DNA of 64,000 nucleotides from the NCBI GenBank assembly GCA_012295275.1, contig CM022672.1:8494001-8558000 (forward strand). The letters run 5' to 3'. The first letter of the stretch is position 1, and each line of letters begins with the position of its first letter. The notes below the pieces were generated by a model. That model was not told the DNA's origin, made no database searches, and saw only the letters and a list, made by a program, of their open reading frames with translations. This document shows, in pieces, positions 1 to 13,652 of the stretch. Made by a program: the position numbers and the translations under genes. The DNA is from Chrysomallon squamiferum (taxonomy: Eukaryota; Animalia; Mollusca).

Positions 1-491
1 TATTATGTGACCTAATGTTAAGTTCGTTAAATTTTAAGGTTAACACTTACATATAGATATAAAGAAAACGAAGTTCTTAACCTCAGGGTCAAAAACAGCA
101 CGTGATTAAGAACAATGTCATAAAATTTCTTTTATGAACCAAATTTTATTCAAATCAATATAAATGCCGTAATCCAAACATTATGAGGCTTCGGTGATTT
201 AAACGTCACAAAAGCTGACACGTAGAACACAAATTATGCGCAAACAACCGAAAACAACCGATTATAAGGAATCGTTGGCTTCTTTCATAATAGACGTTTG
301 AAAAGAAAAGAAACCTAGTGAAAATAAACAGCGGTTTGTTTGAAGGTTAACAGATGATATCTGTTCAGACAAGTTGATCAATTTACAACTCCCCGTGTTT
401 AAAACAGTAAGCTGCATGGAATCGGCTTGTTTGAACGCAATGATAAAATATGGTGATGGTATGTGAAACGATAATAAAATAATAATAATAA

Positions 492-535
<44 letters not shown>

Positions 536-1792
536 AAATTAGGTGGTTCGAAAATTAAATTCGTTGATTCAAACATAACTGTACGAATATTTAAAAAAAA
601 AAAAAAAAAAAAAAAAATAATAAAAAAAATAAATAAATAAATAAATAAATAAATAAACTGAAAATTTAATTGCAGTTTTATGTTATATTGAAGTTTAGGA
701 TTAGCTCAAATATTTCAACTGGACTGAAATATGAAAAACTGATACAGGTCATTTCCATCGAGTGAATTTTTTATTGTTATTTTCATTTTTTTTATATACA
801 TTTGATTGTATTGCACATTTTTCATATTGTAAAAAGTTAAAAATTAACAGGTCACTTTGAATCTGAGTTAGAAACATGAAAGATTAATTGAAGTCACTTA
901 AACGTATTGCCGATTTAAAAGTTACTTCTCAAAGCCTGACAATTACATTCTAAGAAACTGCAAAGATCCAGTATCAAATTTATTTATGTGGCGATATTTC
1001 TTCTACAAAACTACATTTTTTTCGCCTTCTTTCGGTGTTATTTGCACAAATTTAATTTACAAAAGTGAATTTTTTGTTGTTTCTATTTCAGCGGAGAAAA
1101 CGTAACTTTCCGATTCAAACAAGCAGTTGCCTCTGTTCTGAACATTTCACTAGTAAACCCCCCACCCCCTCTCCAGCAACTTTCTGGTAGGTGGAGCATC
1201 GCTGGAGAAATGGCATTTTAAAAAATACGAAAAAAAAAAAAAAAAAAAAAAAAAACACCAACCAATTTATCCTCTAAATAAGATAACGTAGAACCTTTTA
1301 TTTTGTTTTGATCAATATTCAAAATTTAATTTAATAGCTGCTTGTTTTTCAATTTTTTTTAAAAATAAATCTTCTAACCGTAGAACTGAATTTGCTATTA
1401 TAAAGGGCAAAATGATTCAGCTGTTATTGTTATATAGAACATAACATTTTTATTTTGATGGGTAGTTACATGTTAATGACGTATTTGAAAGTTGTAAACT
1501 GAATTGTGAAACCTAGCTGCAGGCATCGATGTACTTTCGAACGAAGTTTTAAAATGTTGGCGATTATTAAAATCAAAATTGGAATAAAATTTAAGTCAGT
1601 AATAAATGAAATTCTTTCAAATTTAACTGGTTAACGCTTCAGTGAATACCTGTAAACATGTGACAGATTTTTAGTAAAAAGATTTGAGAATAATAATGTC
1701 GAAAAAAACTTCAATGATCGTACAATTTAGGCCAAATAAAACATTTTTGAAACAAGAGTTAAAAAAAAAAAAAAAAAAAAAATGAAAGAACA

Positions 1793-1827
<35 letters not shown>

Positions 1828-2978
1828 AGAAAAAAAAACAGAAGGAATATTAATGTTCATGACAGTAAACGATGTCAGGACTTCAACAGCTATTACAGTT
1901 TAGTAACAGAAAGATTATATAATCAGTTGACCCAGTAACACATTTCCAGGAAATGTCTTCTGACCATAGGCTTTAAAGTTAAATTAAGTTCTCTTTACAA
2001 GATATATACATATTTATTTATTTACTTATTATTATTGCTATTATTATTATTACACACACACACACACACACACTATTTTTTTTTTAAAATTTTATGTTAC
2101 ATTTCAGTCTTAGCCTACATCAAAAAGGCCTTTAATAAAAATTAAAAAAAATAAAAAAAAAGTAGAAGGTTAGTTTCTACATCTACAAATTCTTAAACAG
2201 GCCTACTTTATAGAGAGAACTTGATCGAGATTTTAAAATTTCACTCGTATGTGAAAACTGTTTCCAGACAATGGCATTTTATTGGCAGTCGAACATTAGT
2301 ATTAGAAAGTTTTGTAAATGTGTCAAGTTTTAAATTACTGTCTTCACATACCAGTTAGCACCGACTTGTACGTGAATCGGCGATGATGGGTGAAGTGACT
2401 GCTACGCTGATGGGAAAGAGAATTCCCAGCGAGAAGCTTGTTTGAATCTTCATAGGTTCATTTAGAAAACAGTATTACAGTTTTCTTATAACAGACACAC
2501 AAATAAACAAATAATCAAGAAACCAATCACGGATGCAATGTTCTCACACATGGATTGACAAAACTGGAATAATCTTTTCTTTTTTCGTTTAACACTGACA
2601 ATAAATAAATAAATAAAATTGAGAAATTAAAGAATAAAAATTTGCGTTAGTAATAATAATAATAATTGTAGTATTAGTAGTGCTAGTAGGAGTACTAATT
2701 TTAACTAAAAAAAAGATAAAAATAATAACAAAAATATCTGAGAAATTATTTTGTATATACGTCACTTAAGTAAATAAATAAATAATAACAACTTTAAATA
2801 TATACTTGTGGTGGTTTTAGAATGAGAATATTCGTAGAGATATGAGAACAAAAGAAGAAGAGGTAAAATATTTTATTGCCAACATGATATTTATTATTTC
2901 ATTTTTATAATAAAGATGCGTCTGAAAAACAACAAACAAAAACAATGAAATAAAGACTAAAACTAAACAAAAGAACAA

Positions 2979-3155
2979 TACACCTGAGCCTGTCTATGAT
3001 GGCCATTTACGGGACTAGGCAAAAACGGTTGCTGTTGACAGGTAGTTTTCATTCAGTGTTTATACTGTAATGAAATGCATTGTTGAAGTTATATCAAGAT
3101 GGTTGTCATAGACAGGTCGCTGCATACAGTTGGTGGTTTGCGAAGATAGGTATAT
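2979..3155. mobile_element. Short non-autonomous DNA transposon (MITE-like) remnant
   Basis: Imperfect inverted repeat CCTGTCTATGATGGCCAT (2989-3006) / ATGGTTGTCATAGACAGG (3099-3116), 15/18 match, with an internal GACAGGT sub-repeat. It is more GC-rich than its flanks. Confidence 0.55.
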
Positions 3156-4302
3156 ATATCTATTTAACACGGCTGAAAGATGATGCCAACAATATTAATA
3201 ACAAGAGAGAAAAATCAAAATAAACATATATATCTTGCAATGTCAAATTGTATAATATAAAATGTAAAATACCTGTTCATGAAAAAACACCAATAACAAC
3301 AAATAACAAAGGATAAAAAAAAAAAAATAAATTAAAAATAAAATGTATTATATAAAAAATAATAATTAAAAACAAATAAATAAATAAAAAAAAAAAAAAT
3401 ATATTATAAATAAAATAATAATTAAAAAAAAAAAAATAAAAAATAAAATAAAATAAAATAAATAAATAATAAAGAAAACAGAAAGAACTACAACAACAAC
3501 AGAGACAAGTGTATTTACACAGAACTAAAAATAAATCTAACTGAAACTAACAGAATTAAAACGTGTGTATTACAATTCTAGAGAAAACAAACTGAAATAA
3601 AATACATGACCAGATGTATTAAACAATCATTTATTGCAAGCAAGCAGGTTTTTTTTTTTTTTTTTTTTTTTTTCATGGGGATGGGTTGACCACAGGTGAC
3701 ACCTGTCTCACTGGAGGGTACTGGCTCAGTGAGGGAGGGAACAATGAGACAGAATAATATATATATTTACAATAATTTTGTCAAAAAATAAATTTTATAA
3801 TGACAAATGAATGATAAAAACTTATAACATAATAACAAGTGTTAATGATTATAATATAATATGCTGTACAGAAATTTACTTTTAAAGAATTAAATAATCA
3901 AAGTAGTAGTAGTAGTAGTAGTAGTAATAATAATAAAAATGACCATATGAATCATAAAATTAAAAGAACTGAAAAATAAAAATGATATTAATAATAATCA
4001 TAATAATAATAATAATAATAATTAAAGTCCAAATAAAAAAATTGAATATTTAAGAAAAAGACAAAATCATAACGTGTATGTATTTGTGAAACAATTTTAC
4101 AAAAATAGATAATAATAAAAAATACTACTTTTGTGATTAAAAAAATCAAACAGCAAAGGCTAACAGCACCAGTAACCAATATATTAAGTTGTTTAAAATA
4201 ACAGCACCAATGTTCTGTAATAGAAACAATAAAATAACACACACACACACACACACGATTTATGGTTTGAAAATAAATACTGGCAAACCAAAGAAAATAG
4301 TC

Positions 4303-4333
<31 letters not shown>

Positions 4334-5183
4334 AAAAAAAAGGAAAGACAAAAGGCAATATTAATTTAGGTTATGTGGTTTTCAAAATAAAAAACAAACA
4401 CAAATAACAATAATATATATAAAATTGTATATATTTAAAAAGAAAATGAAATGCCCAAAACTAACAACAAAAACATTATTATTTTAATTCTGATATGGTT
4501 TAACTGTCTGATGAATTAAAAGTATATTGTTTAATTCATTTTGAAAATGTATAATTTCTGTGTGAACTTACAGTAATAAATAAAAAAAAAAAAAAAAAAA
4601 AACCTTGGCTAAAATTGATATGGATACAAGCACCAATTTGTATTAGAAAATATATTGATATTTAAGTAAATTAAAATATAATCTTAAATTGATAAATGAT
4701 GTACAACCATAACAATTTACAATGGAACAAAAAGAAATAAAATTTCACACACATACACACACAGAAAGAGAGAGAGAGTAAGTGAGAGAAAGAGACATAT
4801 ACACACACAAGGATGTTAAAGATAACATAAAACACATATTTGCTATTTAACAGTGATTAGAAAGAAAATAAATAAAGGCTATTTTGTGCAGTGATTTCCC
4901 TGTTGTGTTGTTAGCAAAAAGCAAAAGGAAGACTAAATGTTGTAATGTGACTTAAGGGACAAATAAAAAGTTTAAATACCTCTTTGTGTGCAATTTGAGG
5001 TAAAAAAAAATTAAAATTAAAAGAATAAAAATCAATTACAAAAAAATAATGATAATAATAGTTAAAGTGAAAAAAGGGAAAGAAATAAATAAAAAAAAAT
5101 GTATAGAAAAAAGTGTACTTAGTGTTCTACGTGGTGATTTTGTCATTAAGTCATTTATAGATCTGAACTGTGCAAAAAAAAAA

Positions 5184-5218
<35 letters not shown>

Positions 5219-5269
5219 AAAAAGGAAACAGGAACAAAAAATAAAATAAAATAAAAATTCCAGGAATAG

Positions 5270-5305
<36 letters not shown>

Positions 5306-5379
5306 CAAAAAGCAAAAAGAAAAAGAAACTGAGAAGTCCACAGTTATTATAGTGAAACAATAAAAAAAATTAACAATAC

Positions 5380-5385
5380 TTTATT
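5380..5385 (-). terminator. Candidate polyadenylation signal (AATAAA) of FHIP2 (alternative at 3630-3635)
   Basis: It lies at the transition from complex 3' UTR-like sequence to long T-rich (minus-strand) tracts. Confidence 0.35.
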
Positions 5386-6203
5386 CAGTTCTCACTTTTG
5401 TCGACAATAATTAGGGCAGTTTCAGGTTTTCCACAGATTACAGCATTTTTTACATCTCAGTAAAACATACATGGAATGATAAACTGCTACAGAATATTCA
5501 ATCATTCAGTGACCATTTTAAAAACAAATTAACAAGACAGTAATCTTTATTTCAGTCTGAACTTAGTGGACATTATGAAATCTGTTTGTACAAATATATC
5601 ACATCTTCCTGAGAGTATTCAGGCAGGTATTAAATATTAACATTATTGCACAGTGCATATTTATCTATGTATTTGGCACCAGGGAATTTATGCTAATCAA
5701 CTGGGCTTCTTTAAAGAAATACTTTAAACAACATTATAAAAAAACAAAAACAGAAAAAATCAATAATAAAAATACTGAAATATTTAAAACATTTTTAACA
5801 TCATGTCCAGTTTCATTTGTCAGTATGTAATAATAATACATGAATCTTGTTTTAAACAAAGACTGGTGCTATAGTCCAAGGACCCCATCATGATGTCTTG
5901 CACAATTTTCATGGTGAATGAAAAAAATACACTACTATATAAATATTGAGAGATTAAAAGCAGAAATGGTTTTAAGGCACATATTTTGGAAACTATTATG
6001 TTTTATATTAAATAAGGTTATATTCTTATAGACAGTACCTTTTACATTAAATTATGATAATATTCTTAGATATTATTATATCTTGGAGCAAGTATGATAA
6101 TATTTTTAGCTATTATGTTTTTAGCTTAAGTATGATGATGCTGTTATCACATTTTTACACAAATTAATTATAACACATCTATAAATCACTCAGCTGAAAA
6201 TTA

Positions 6204-6242
<39 letters not shown>

Positions 6243-7101
6243 CTAGTAACTGAAAAACTGAGATTAAAAGATAAAATTTCTAGTATCACACTTTTATATA
6301 ATATTAATTTATTAATCTACTGATAATCTCAAACAAAAATTTCATGAACATCTAGGAAATAGCAAAATGTTAATTAAAAACCTCTCACCAAGTATTAAGT
6401 AAACATCAGTTCTAAACAACAGGTAAAAACTCTGAAAAAAGAATTCCAATCACCAAAAATATACGTAAAATGATCTTGTTTTTACATATAATACAGATTT
6501 GGGGTTGGGTTATCTTATTCAGGTAACAAGTGATGAGGGTGGAGATGTATTTTAGGAATGACTGAAGTCACACAGTGTTAAAACAAAATTGGTAATATTA
6601 AAATGTGACTAAAACTGGGGATGATGTTTGAAGAATGATGCCTATCACCAGTTGTAAGAAAAAAAAAAAACATTTTGAATAAAGCAGTGGAAGCTTAGGA
6701 AATATTTTAACATTATTATCATAAAGAATAAGTCATCTTTGCCTTTTTCAGGAATCTAGTAAAGATGCATTCATACCAAATGACTTGCAAAAACAACTTT
6801 AGTTTAAAACAATCAGCACAATTTGGAAACTTTGTAAAATTATACATACAAAAGTTTACCACATCCTGTGTGGTCCTTTTCAAAAACTAAAATAATTTCA
6901 TTAAATATTTTTTTTCATTTGTGCAAAGTCTGAAAATAATACAAACCACTGGTAATGATTATTTGTGGTCCAGTAACATATCAGAAAAATTATACAGTGA
7001 TGTTGAGGAGATATGTTTAAGATTATGTCACTTGTTGGCTAGTATTTTACAATGGTTTAAACAAATTTTATATCATTGTAAAGTATAGATTTACTGATAA
7101 T

Positions 7102-7669
7102 AGCTAATTGTTGATGACAGCAGCTTGGTGTTTTACAAAATTCTCTACACTTAATACAGTAACATTATTATCTGAGTTTTGTTTAAAAACAGCTAACTGT
7201 TGATGACAGCAGCTTGGTGTTTTACAAAATTCTCTACACTTAATACAGTAACATTATTATCTGAGTTTTGTTTAAAAACAAACTGTTGATGACAGCAGCG
7301 TCATTGTTTTAAAAAATTCTCTACATTTACAGTAATATTATTATCTGAGTTTTGTTTAAAAACAGCTAACTGTTGATGACAGCAGCTTGGTGTTTTACAA
7401 AATTCTCTACACTTAATACAGTAACATTATTATCTGAGTTTTGTTTAAAAACAGCTAACTGTTGATGACAGCAGCTTGGTGTTTTACAAAATTCTCTACA
7501 CTTAATACAGTAACATTATTATCTGAGTTTTGTTTAAAAACAGCTAACTGTTGATGACAGCAGCGTCGTGTTTTACAAAATTCTCTACACTTAATACAGT
7601 AACATTATTATCTGAGTTTTGTTTAAAAACAGCTAACTGTTGATGACAGCAGCGTGGTGTTTTACAAAA
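7102..7669. repeat. 89-bp minisatellite (~6.4 copies) built from the last codons, stop codon and proximal 3' UTR of FHIP2
   Basis: AGCTAA(C/T)TGTTGATGACAGCAGC starts at 7102, 7191, ~7280 (short variant), 7364, 7453, 7542 and 7631. The last copy is the real coding end. Confidence 0.95.
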
Positions 7670-10600
7670 GCTATGGCTGATAGTTCTTTGCAGAATTCCT
7701 CCAGAACAATGATGGCTTCCATCTGTGTCTGATCATCAAACCTGAAAACAAAGAACTTTTTATTTACCTTAATTCTGTTTCTTGTTAGTCATAATGTCAC
7801 ATTAACTGTAAACAATATCTAATAAAATAAATTTAGTAAATTAATACATGAAACAACAAGAACAAGAGTAATAAACTCTCTGTGATTTGTAATATTTTAT
7901 ATCATTATTAGTATTACTGGTGTTATTGTTTGTACATTCATCACTATTACAATACATCCGTTTTAAATGGAAAACACATTTACATTTATTTTATTTTTCT
8001 TAAGAAAATATAAAAAAATAAACTAAAAAAATAAAGCAGTAAACAAAAGATTTATGAATAATGGTATGTGAAATCAGTAAAAAACATTTATTTAAATTTA
8101 AAAAAAAAAATAAAAAAAAAAAGTTTAAAGCCTACCAGTATAAGCAAGTAATAACAAAACACAATGTCTCGTTAAAAAAATAAAAATAAATAAACAAATA
8201 CATTTCATGAATATGACCGACCATAATGCACTGATCTGGACATTTCAGTTGTGACAGGCTGACATACATCACTTCAGACTGACAGACAAACAATGTAACA
8301 GACAGACAGACACTTTGAACAGATCTTTATATTAGCAGCAAATGGCAATACTAACATTCATCAGTCTAGCTTACAACATTACACATCCATTCATCTGTAC
8401 ATCTGTCCACCTACATAGATATTTATAAATTAAGTAATAAAAATCTGAGATGGATAACTTTCAGACACACATTTCTGTCTGTCTGTCATGTATTTATCAC
8501 TTTGTAGTGTAGATTCTTAAACATTCAGTAAAAGAAACATGTATGAGATTACCACTATATTCACACCACACATTTAATATATTCAAAGAAAGGTAATTAT
8601 TTTTTATTTATAATGATATACTTGACAAAATATCATTAACATTAACACACACACACACTATTTGCAGTTAATTTGTATAGTGTCTCCATTTCAATGAAGC
8701 AACTTATTCCAAACACCATAATTATTATTATTATTTTGCCTACATTCTCAGTTTCTCACACTCTCTAACAATCTGCTCTTTACTATCTTGTTCTTGGTTA
8801 GTTCAAAAACACTGTCAGCTTCTTATTCCAACTGTTCAAATCTTTAGATGCCATTTACAGAAGAATAGGAAAACTCATGTAATAAGTTGGTTTTTAAAAA
8901 CATGGACCATCATAAAAAAGAAATGATATAATTTATAAAAATAGTGATGCTATCTATAATTTATGAAAATTGGGATGATATATCATACTACAATGTATTT
9001 ATTTATTAATACGTAAAAAAGCAAGAAAGAAATTATTAATTGTAATTAGATATCTTACTGCTAACATCAGACAGATGAAATGAAAGAAATTATATATATT
9101 TAAAATGTGCTGAACATGGTTTATTAATATTACTGAAATGTGCTGCTAAACATTCTCCTCTGTTGCAGCTGGTGACTTTTTTGAACTTGTTGTAGTTTAG
9201 ATATAAAAGTGTTTGAGATTACATAATGTAAAAACTCTGTATTGTAAACTGTCAATGAGAAAAACAGATGAAGAAATCCTGCAGATCTGAACCAGTGTAA
9301 CAGCCTAACTGATATTTCCAATAACCTCACAACTACACTGTTATGTCTTTTTCTACCATTATTTCTTTCAATAAGCAACAGAATCGTAAAAAAACAACAA
9401 CTAAATACTACATCGAGAACACTAAAATATCTCATACCACGGTTGCTGGAGTGTAAAGAAAAGATACAATAACACCAAGTTTGACAACAGAGCCACATTA
9501 ATACCACCTCATCTTTTCTCTTTACATAAACATAAAAGTAAAACACTTATTGTACGACTGGGAACGGAGTCAGAGAAATGGCAAAAACCTGATTAAAGCT
9601 GTACGAGGGGATAAAAAAACCACACAAATAAATAAACTGAGAGAAAGTTGGTTGTGACTGAACAGTGAGGGAAGAGTTAGTAATAGAGCAGGGAAATTGC
9701 TTGCCAGTGTCACTGAGTAATGTGCCAAACCAAGCTGCCCAGTGAAATTACTTAATGAAGGGTTTGTAATAACGAGTAATTATCAATAAACACACGAACT
9801 CTTTTAATCTGTGAGGTAGAAATGACTGGCAGGAAGAGTGAAAGTGCTGGGAAAGGAAATGAGTTAATGAATGTGATGATGATGATGATGATGTGTTTTT
9901 AAATAAATCTGATATCTGTTTCAGGTGTGTTTGTGCACTGAAATAAATGTTTAAGTAAATAATTGTAAAATTTGATCCCTTGCTGTTAATCCTGGGAAAA
10001 ACAAACAAGCAATAAAATAAAATAAAATAAAATAAAATAAAACAGTACACAAATAAAAATAATGGAAAAGTAAAACTTTAAAAATTAATTTGATTACAAG
10101 ATACAAATATGATTTCATTTTTTTTTAAAAAGAAAATATCCAACAACAAACAAAACAAAATAAAGGATAATAATTTTAACATAAATTTATATTTCTCAAG
10201 TTGATAAATAAACACACATTTTTGTGACTGACAACAAACAACAGTTTTAAAAAATATTTTTAAACATATTTTTCTAAACTAAAAGCATACAAAGCCAGTT
10301 AATATTTCTTAGCATGCGGGAATAAACAATTAAAGCTTCCACTGCTCAATAAACCACACATATTTTTATTTCTGTGATACTCAGACTTAACTAACTCACA
10401 TGTCTGGTATTAAAACTGAAAAAAGTGGGTTAATCTGTAAGTTTGTGGAAACTGACAAAACTAGATATCTGTGTTTTTTCTTAGTCTCTTCCTATATACC
10501 TTTGTTTGTTTAACCACATACAACTCATCATCCAGTCATACCATGAACACTATATTCAAATCTGTCACTACCAAATTATCATCCAGTCATATCATGAACA

Positions 10601-11969
10601 CTATATTAAGATCTGTCATTACTTAATTATCATCCAGTTTGTGATCATCTAGCAAACCAGTCTGAAATAAACATTTGTGTTTCAGGTTTTTTCATACATG
10701 TTACCTTGATCATACATTAACACAAGAAAACCTCTAATGTTTATTAAAATATAACACTACTTATTAACTACTTCATTTTTACAACAGTATGATACAACTT
10801 GAAATTTTTCTTTGTTACAATTGTTTGTTTTATTGCATTATACATTACACTGTGCTTAATCTGTTCTCTAGTGATACAAGAATTTCAGATACTCATTACC
10901 ATTAATTACATCAATTATGACAACCTGGTGAGATGACAACTTGAAATTTTACTCCTGATGGTTTTGTCATATATTTTTTTTATCCTCTAGTGATACAAAT
11001 ATTTGAGATATTTATTAGACTGACACTGAATCTGTAAACTGTCTCATTTGTGACAATCTGATGAGACAACTTGTAATTTTTCTTTGTTACTGTTGCTTAT
11101 TTTATCATATATACACATCTGTCATCCAGTGATAGACTGAGAACTTCAGATATTTATTAAAATCTAGCAGTCTATTACCCATATTATTAACACAAGAAGA
11201 GACAACTGAAAATTTATTTAGATATTTATTAATTAAATCACACAACCTAATGAAAGAACTGAACATTTTCTTTCTTACTCTTGTTGAAGTTGTTTATTGT
11301 ATAATACCTGTGATTCTTTAATCAGCCATTGCTAGATCAGTTATGACAGATATTTATTAAAATCTCAGACTGGGTCTGTTAATTGAGAACTGTTTTCTCT
11401 CAGACAGTGACCAGTGAGAGCAGACAGGTTGAACAAACTGTGTTGTGTTTTCTGTCAACACTCAGATCTAGACAACAACTGCAGTCAGGTTGTAACAGTG
11501 ATAGCTAGTGTTGAATCACATACAGTACTCACATTTTACAAACACCTACAAAACTGACTGAATGGTATAACTTTTACAAGTTTGTTATAAGAAGTCTAGT
11601 GATATCTAGACCTGTTAGTAAATAGACACATTCTACAAATACCTACAAAACTGACTGAAAGGTGTAACTAACTAGAATTCTTTTTTAAATTTCAAAATAA
11701 CTTTAAAATGGTGGCACATCAATGTAAAAACTTTAAATAAAAAAATTGGAAAATTTTCTTTTACAAATTTTAAAAAATATAATAGAACGAATATTTGGAG
11801 ATATTATTGTTAGAATGAATGTCATATTATTAAAATTTAGTTTGGAAAATTGAAAGTGGCACAAAGTAATTTTTACATCCATCACAAATGCAAGAAATAA
11901 AACTTTAAGAAAATATTACTAAAATAAAAAATTTGTGAATTTCCTTTTCCTTTTTATATGCTATATTTC

Positions 11970-12006
<37 letters not shown>

Positions 12007-12288
12007 AGGAACAAGCAAAAAGCTGAAAGTAATATAACAAAACAAAAGAAAACAACACTAAAAAAGAAAGAAAAAAATGATTATATTTTACATTAGTCAC
12101 CAAAAAAAAGGGATAAACTAGCAAATGTTTTTTATATTTGTATTTAATGACACCACTACAATAAGAAATAATAAAGAAATTTAAATGACAAAAACTAAAA
12201 TTAAAGAAGTAAACTAAATAAACTGCAAATAAGCCCACATACAAAAAGAAAAAAGAAAAGAAATGAACAAAAACAAAGAAAAAAAAAG

Positions 12289-12330
<42 letters not shown>

Positions 12331-12534
12331 AAAAGAATTAAAAATGAAAAACAAACCAGAAGTAGACTAGTGCTAGTGTAAGTAAAGGTGAGACTAGTGA
12401 CAGTTAGGTGCAGTAAGAAGCAGTAAGACTTCCACCAGATTGTTTCAACTTACCAGACTCTCTGACTGTCAGACATCCGCAAACTGACAATCAAATAAAC
12501 ATGCATGTATCTTGTACATCAACAGAAAAATAAA

Positions 12535-12567
<33 letters not shown>

Positions 12568-12638
12568 AATAAATAAATGAATAATATAAATATTATCTAA
12601 ACTCAACAAAGATCTGCTTGGCTCAATGATGTCCCTTA

Positions 12639-12682
<44 letters not shown>

Positions 12683-13617
12683 TAATAATAATAACAATAA
12701 CAATAACAATAACAATAAAACAATAACATATAAAAGAAAGGGAAATTTATTTTTTTGCTGTTGACTCGTATTAAAAGCTTCGCTGTCATTAATTTCACTG
12801 ATGCTGTAAACAATTTAAAAATGGGATATTAATGAATATTTAACTGCTTCATTAATGGCCTCTGACTGAAATGAACAATCGATTGCGTTGTATTAAGAAT
12901 GTTTTTGTGTGAACAGATCCAGGAAGGCAATGAAGTGGACAAAATCCTGCTTGAAAATAAACATAATTTACCCCTCAGAGATTTCATATCACTGTCATTT
13001 GTATAAATATGATTTTCAATGAGTGGAGATGAGGATGTATGGTGGACCTCTGGGGACATCTTTGAGCCAAACAGAAACAGGTCTTTGATGAGTTTAGATC
13101 AATTATCATTAAGTGTGGTGGTAACTGTTTCAAAAAATCTATCTTGTTAACAACTCCTCAGTGACAGATAAACCAAACACACAGTCCTTCCCATGGAGCA
13201 CATTTGTGTTGTCCAATTTTCTTGTTTCTACTAATCATTTTTCTTTTCTATTATTTTTATTATTATTATTTTTTTTTTTTTGTGGATATGTTTTTATCAG
13301 ATATTAATGAACTGAGTTCACAATCTGCTGATTCAAGGCTTGATAAACTGTATGTTATTTCTCCTCTGTGTTCCCTCTTTTTACGCTAGTGCATGAAACT
13401 CTGATCAAATGCAGTGCTATGTTTTCTTCTGTTTATGGGAAGGTGCTTATAAAAATATCCCTTACTGCTAAGTAGCCAATGGTGTAATGATTCTCAAATA
13501 TCATCTTTATAAACTAATCATATGTTTGACACCGGAAAACAATTAAAGTTAAAACATATGTATGATGTAATAAACAAATATTCCTTTTACATTCAGTACA
13601 ACTAACTTTATTTCTTT

Positions 13618-13652
<35 letters not shown>

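Noticed and set aside
2406-2430. Paired Su(H)/RBPJ site (TGGGAA...TTCCCA)
   Set aside because: The spacing is 6 nt rather than the ~15-17 nt of paired sites, and the flanking bases are non-consensus.
7102-7669. Regularly spaced repeats resembling a CRISPR array
   Set aside because: The whole 89-bp unit repeats with no unique spacers. The context is eukaryotic and there are no cas genes.
10520-11280. Short local duplications and degenerate GTGACAAC/TAGTGATAC repeats (also 33965-34120, 53300-53525)
   Set aside because: They look like ordinary decayed intronic repeats or MITE fragments. No boundaries or function can be supported.
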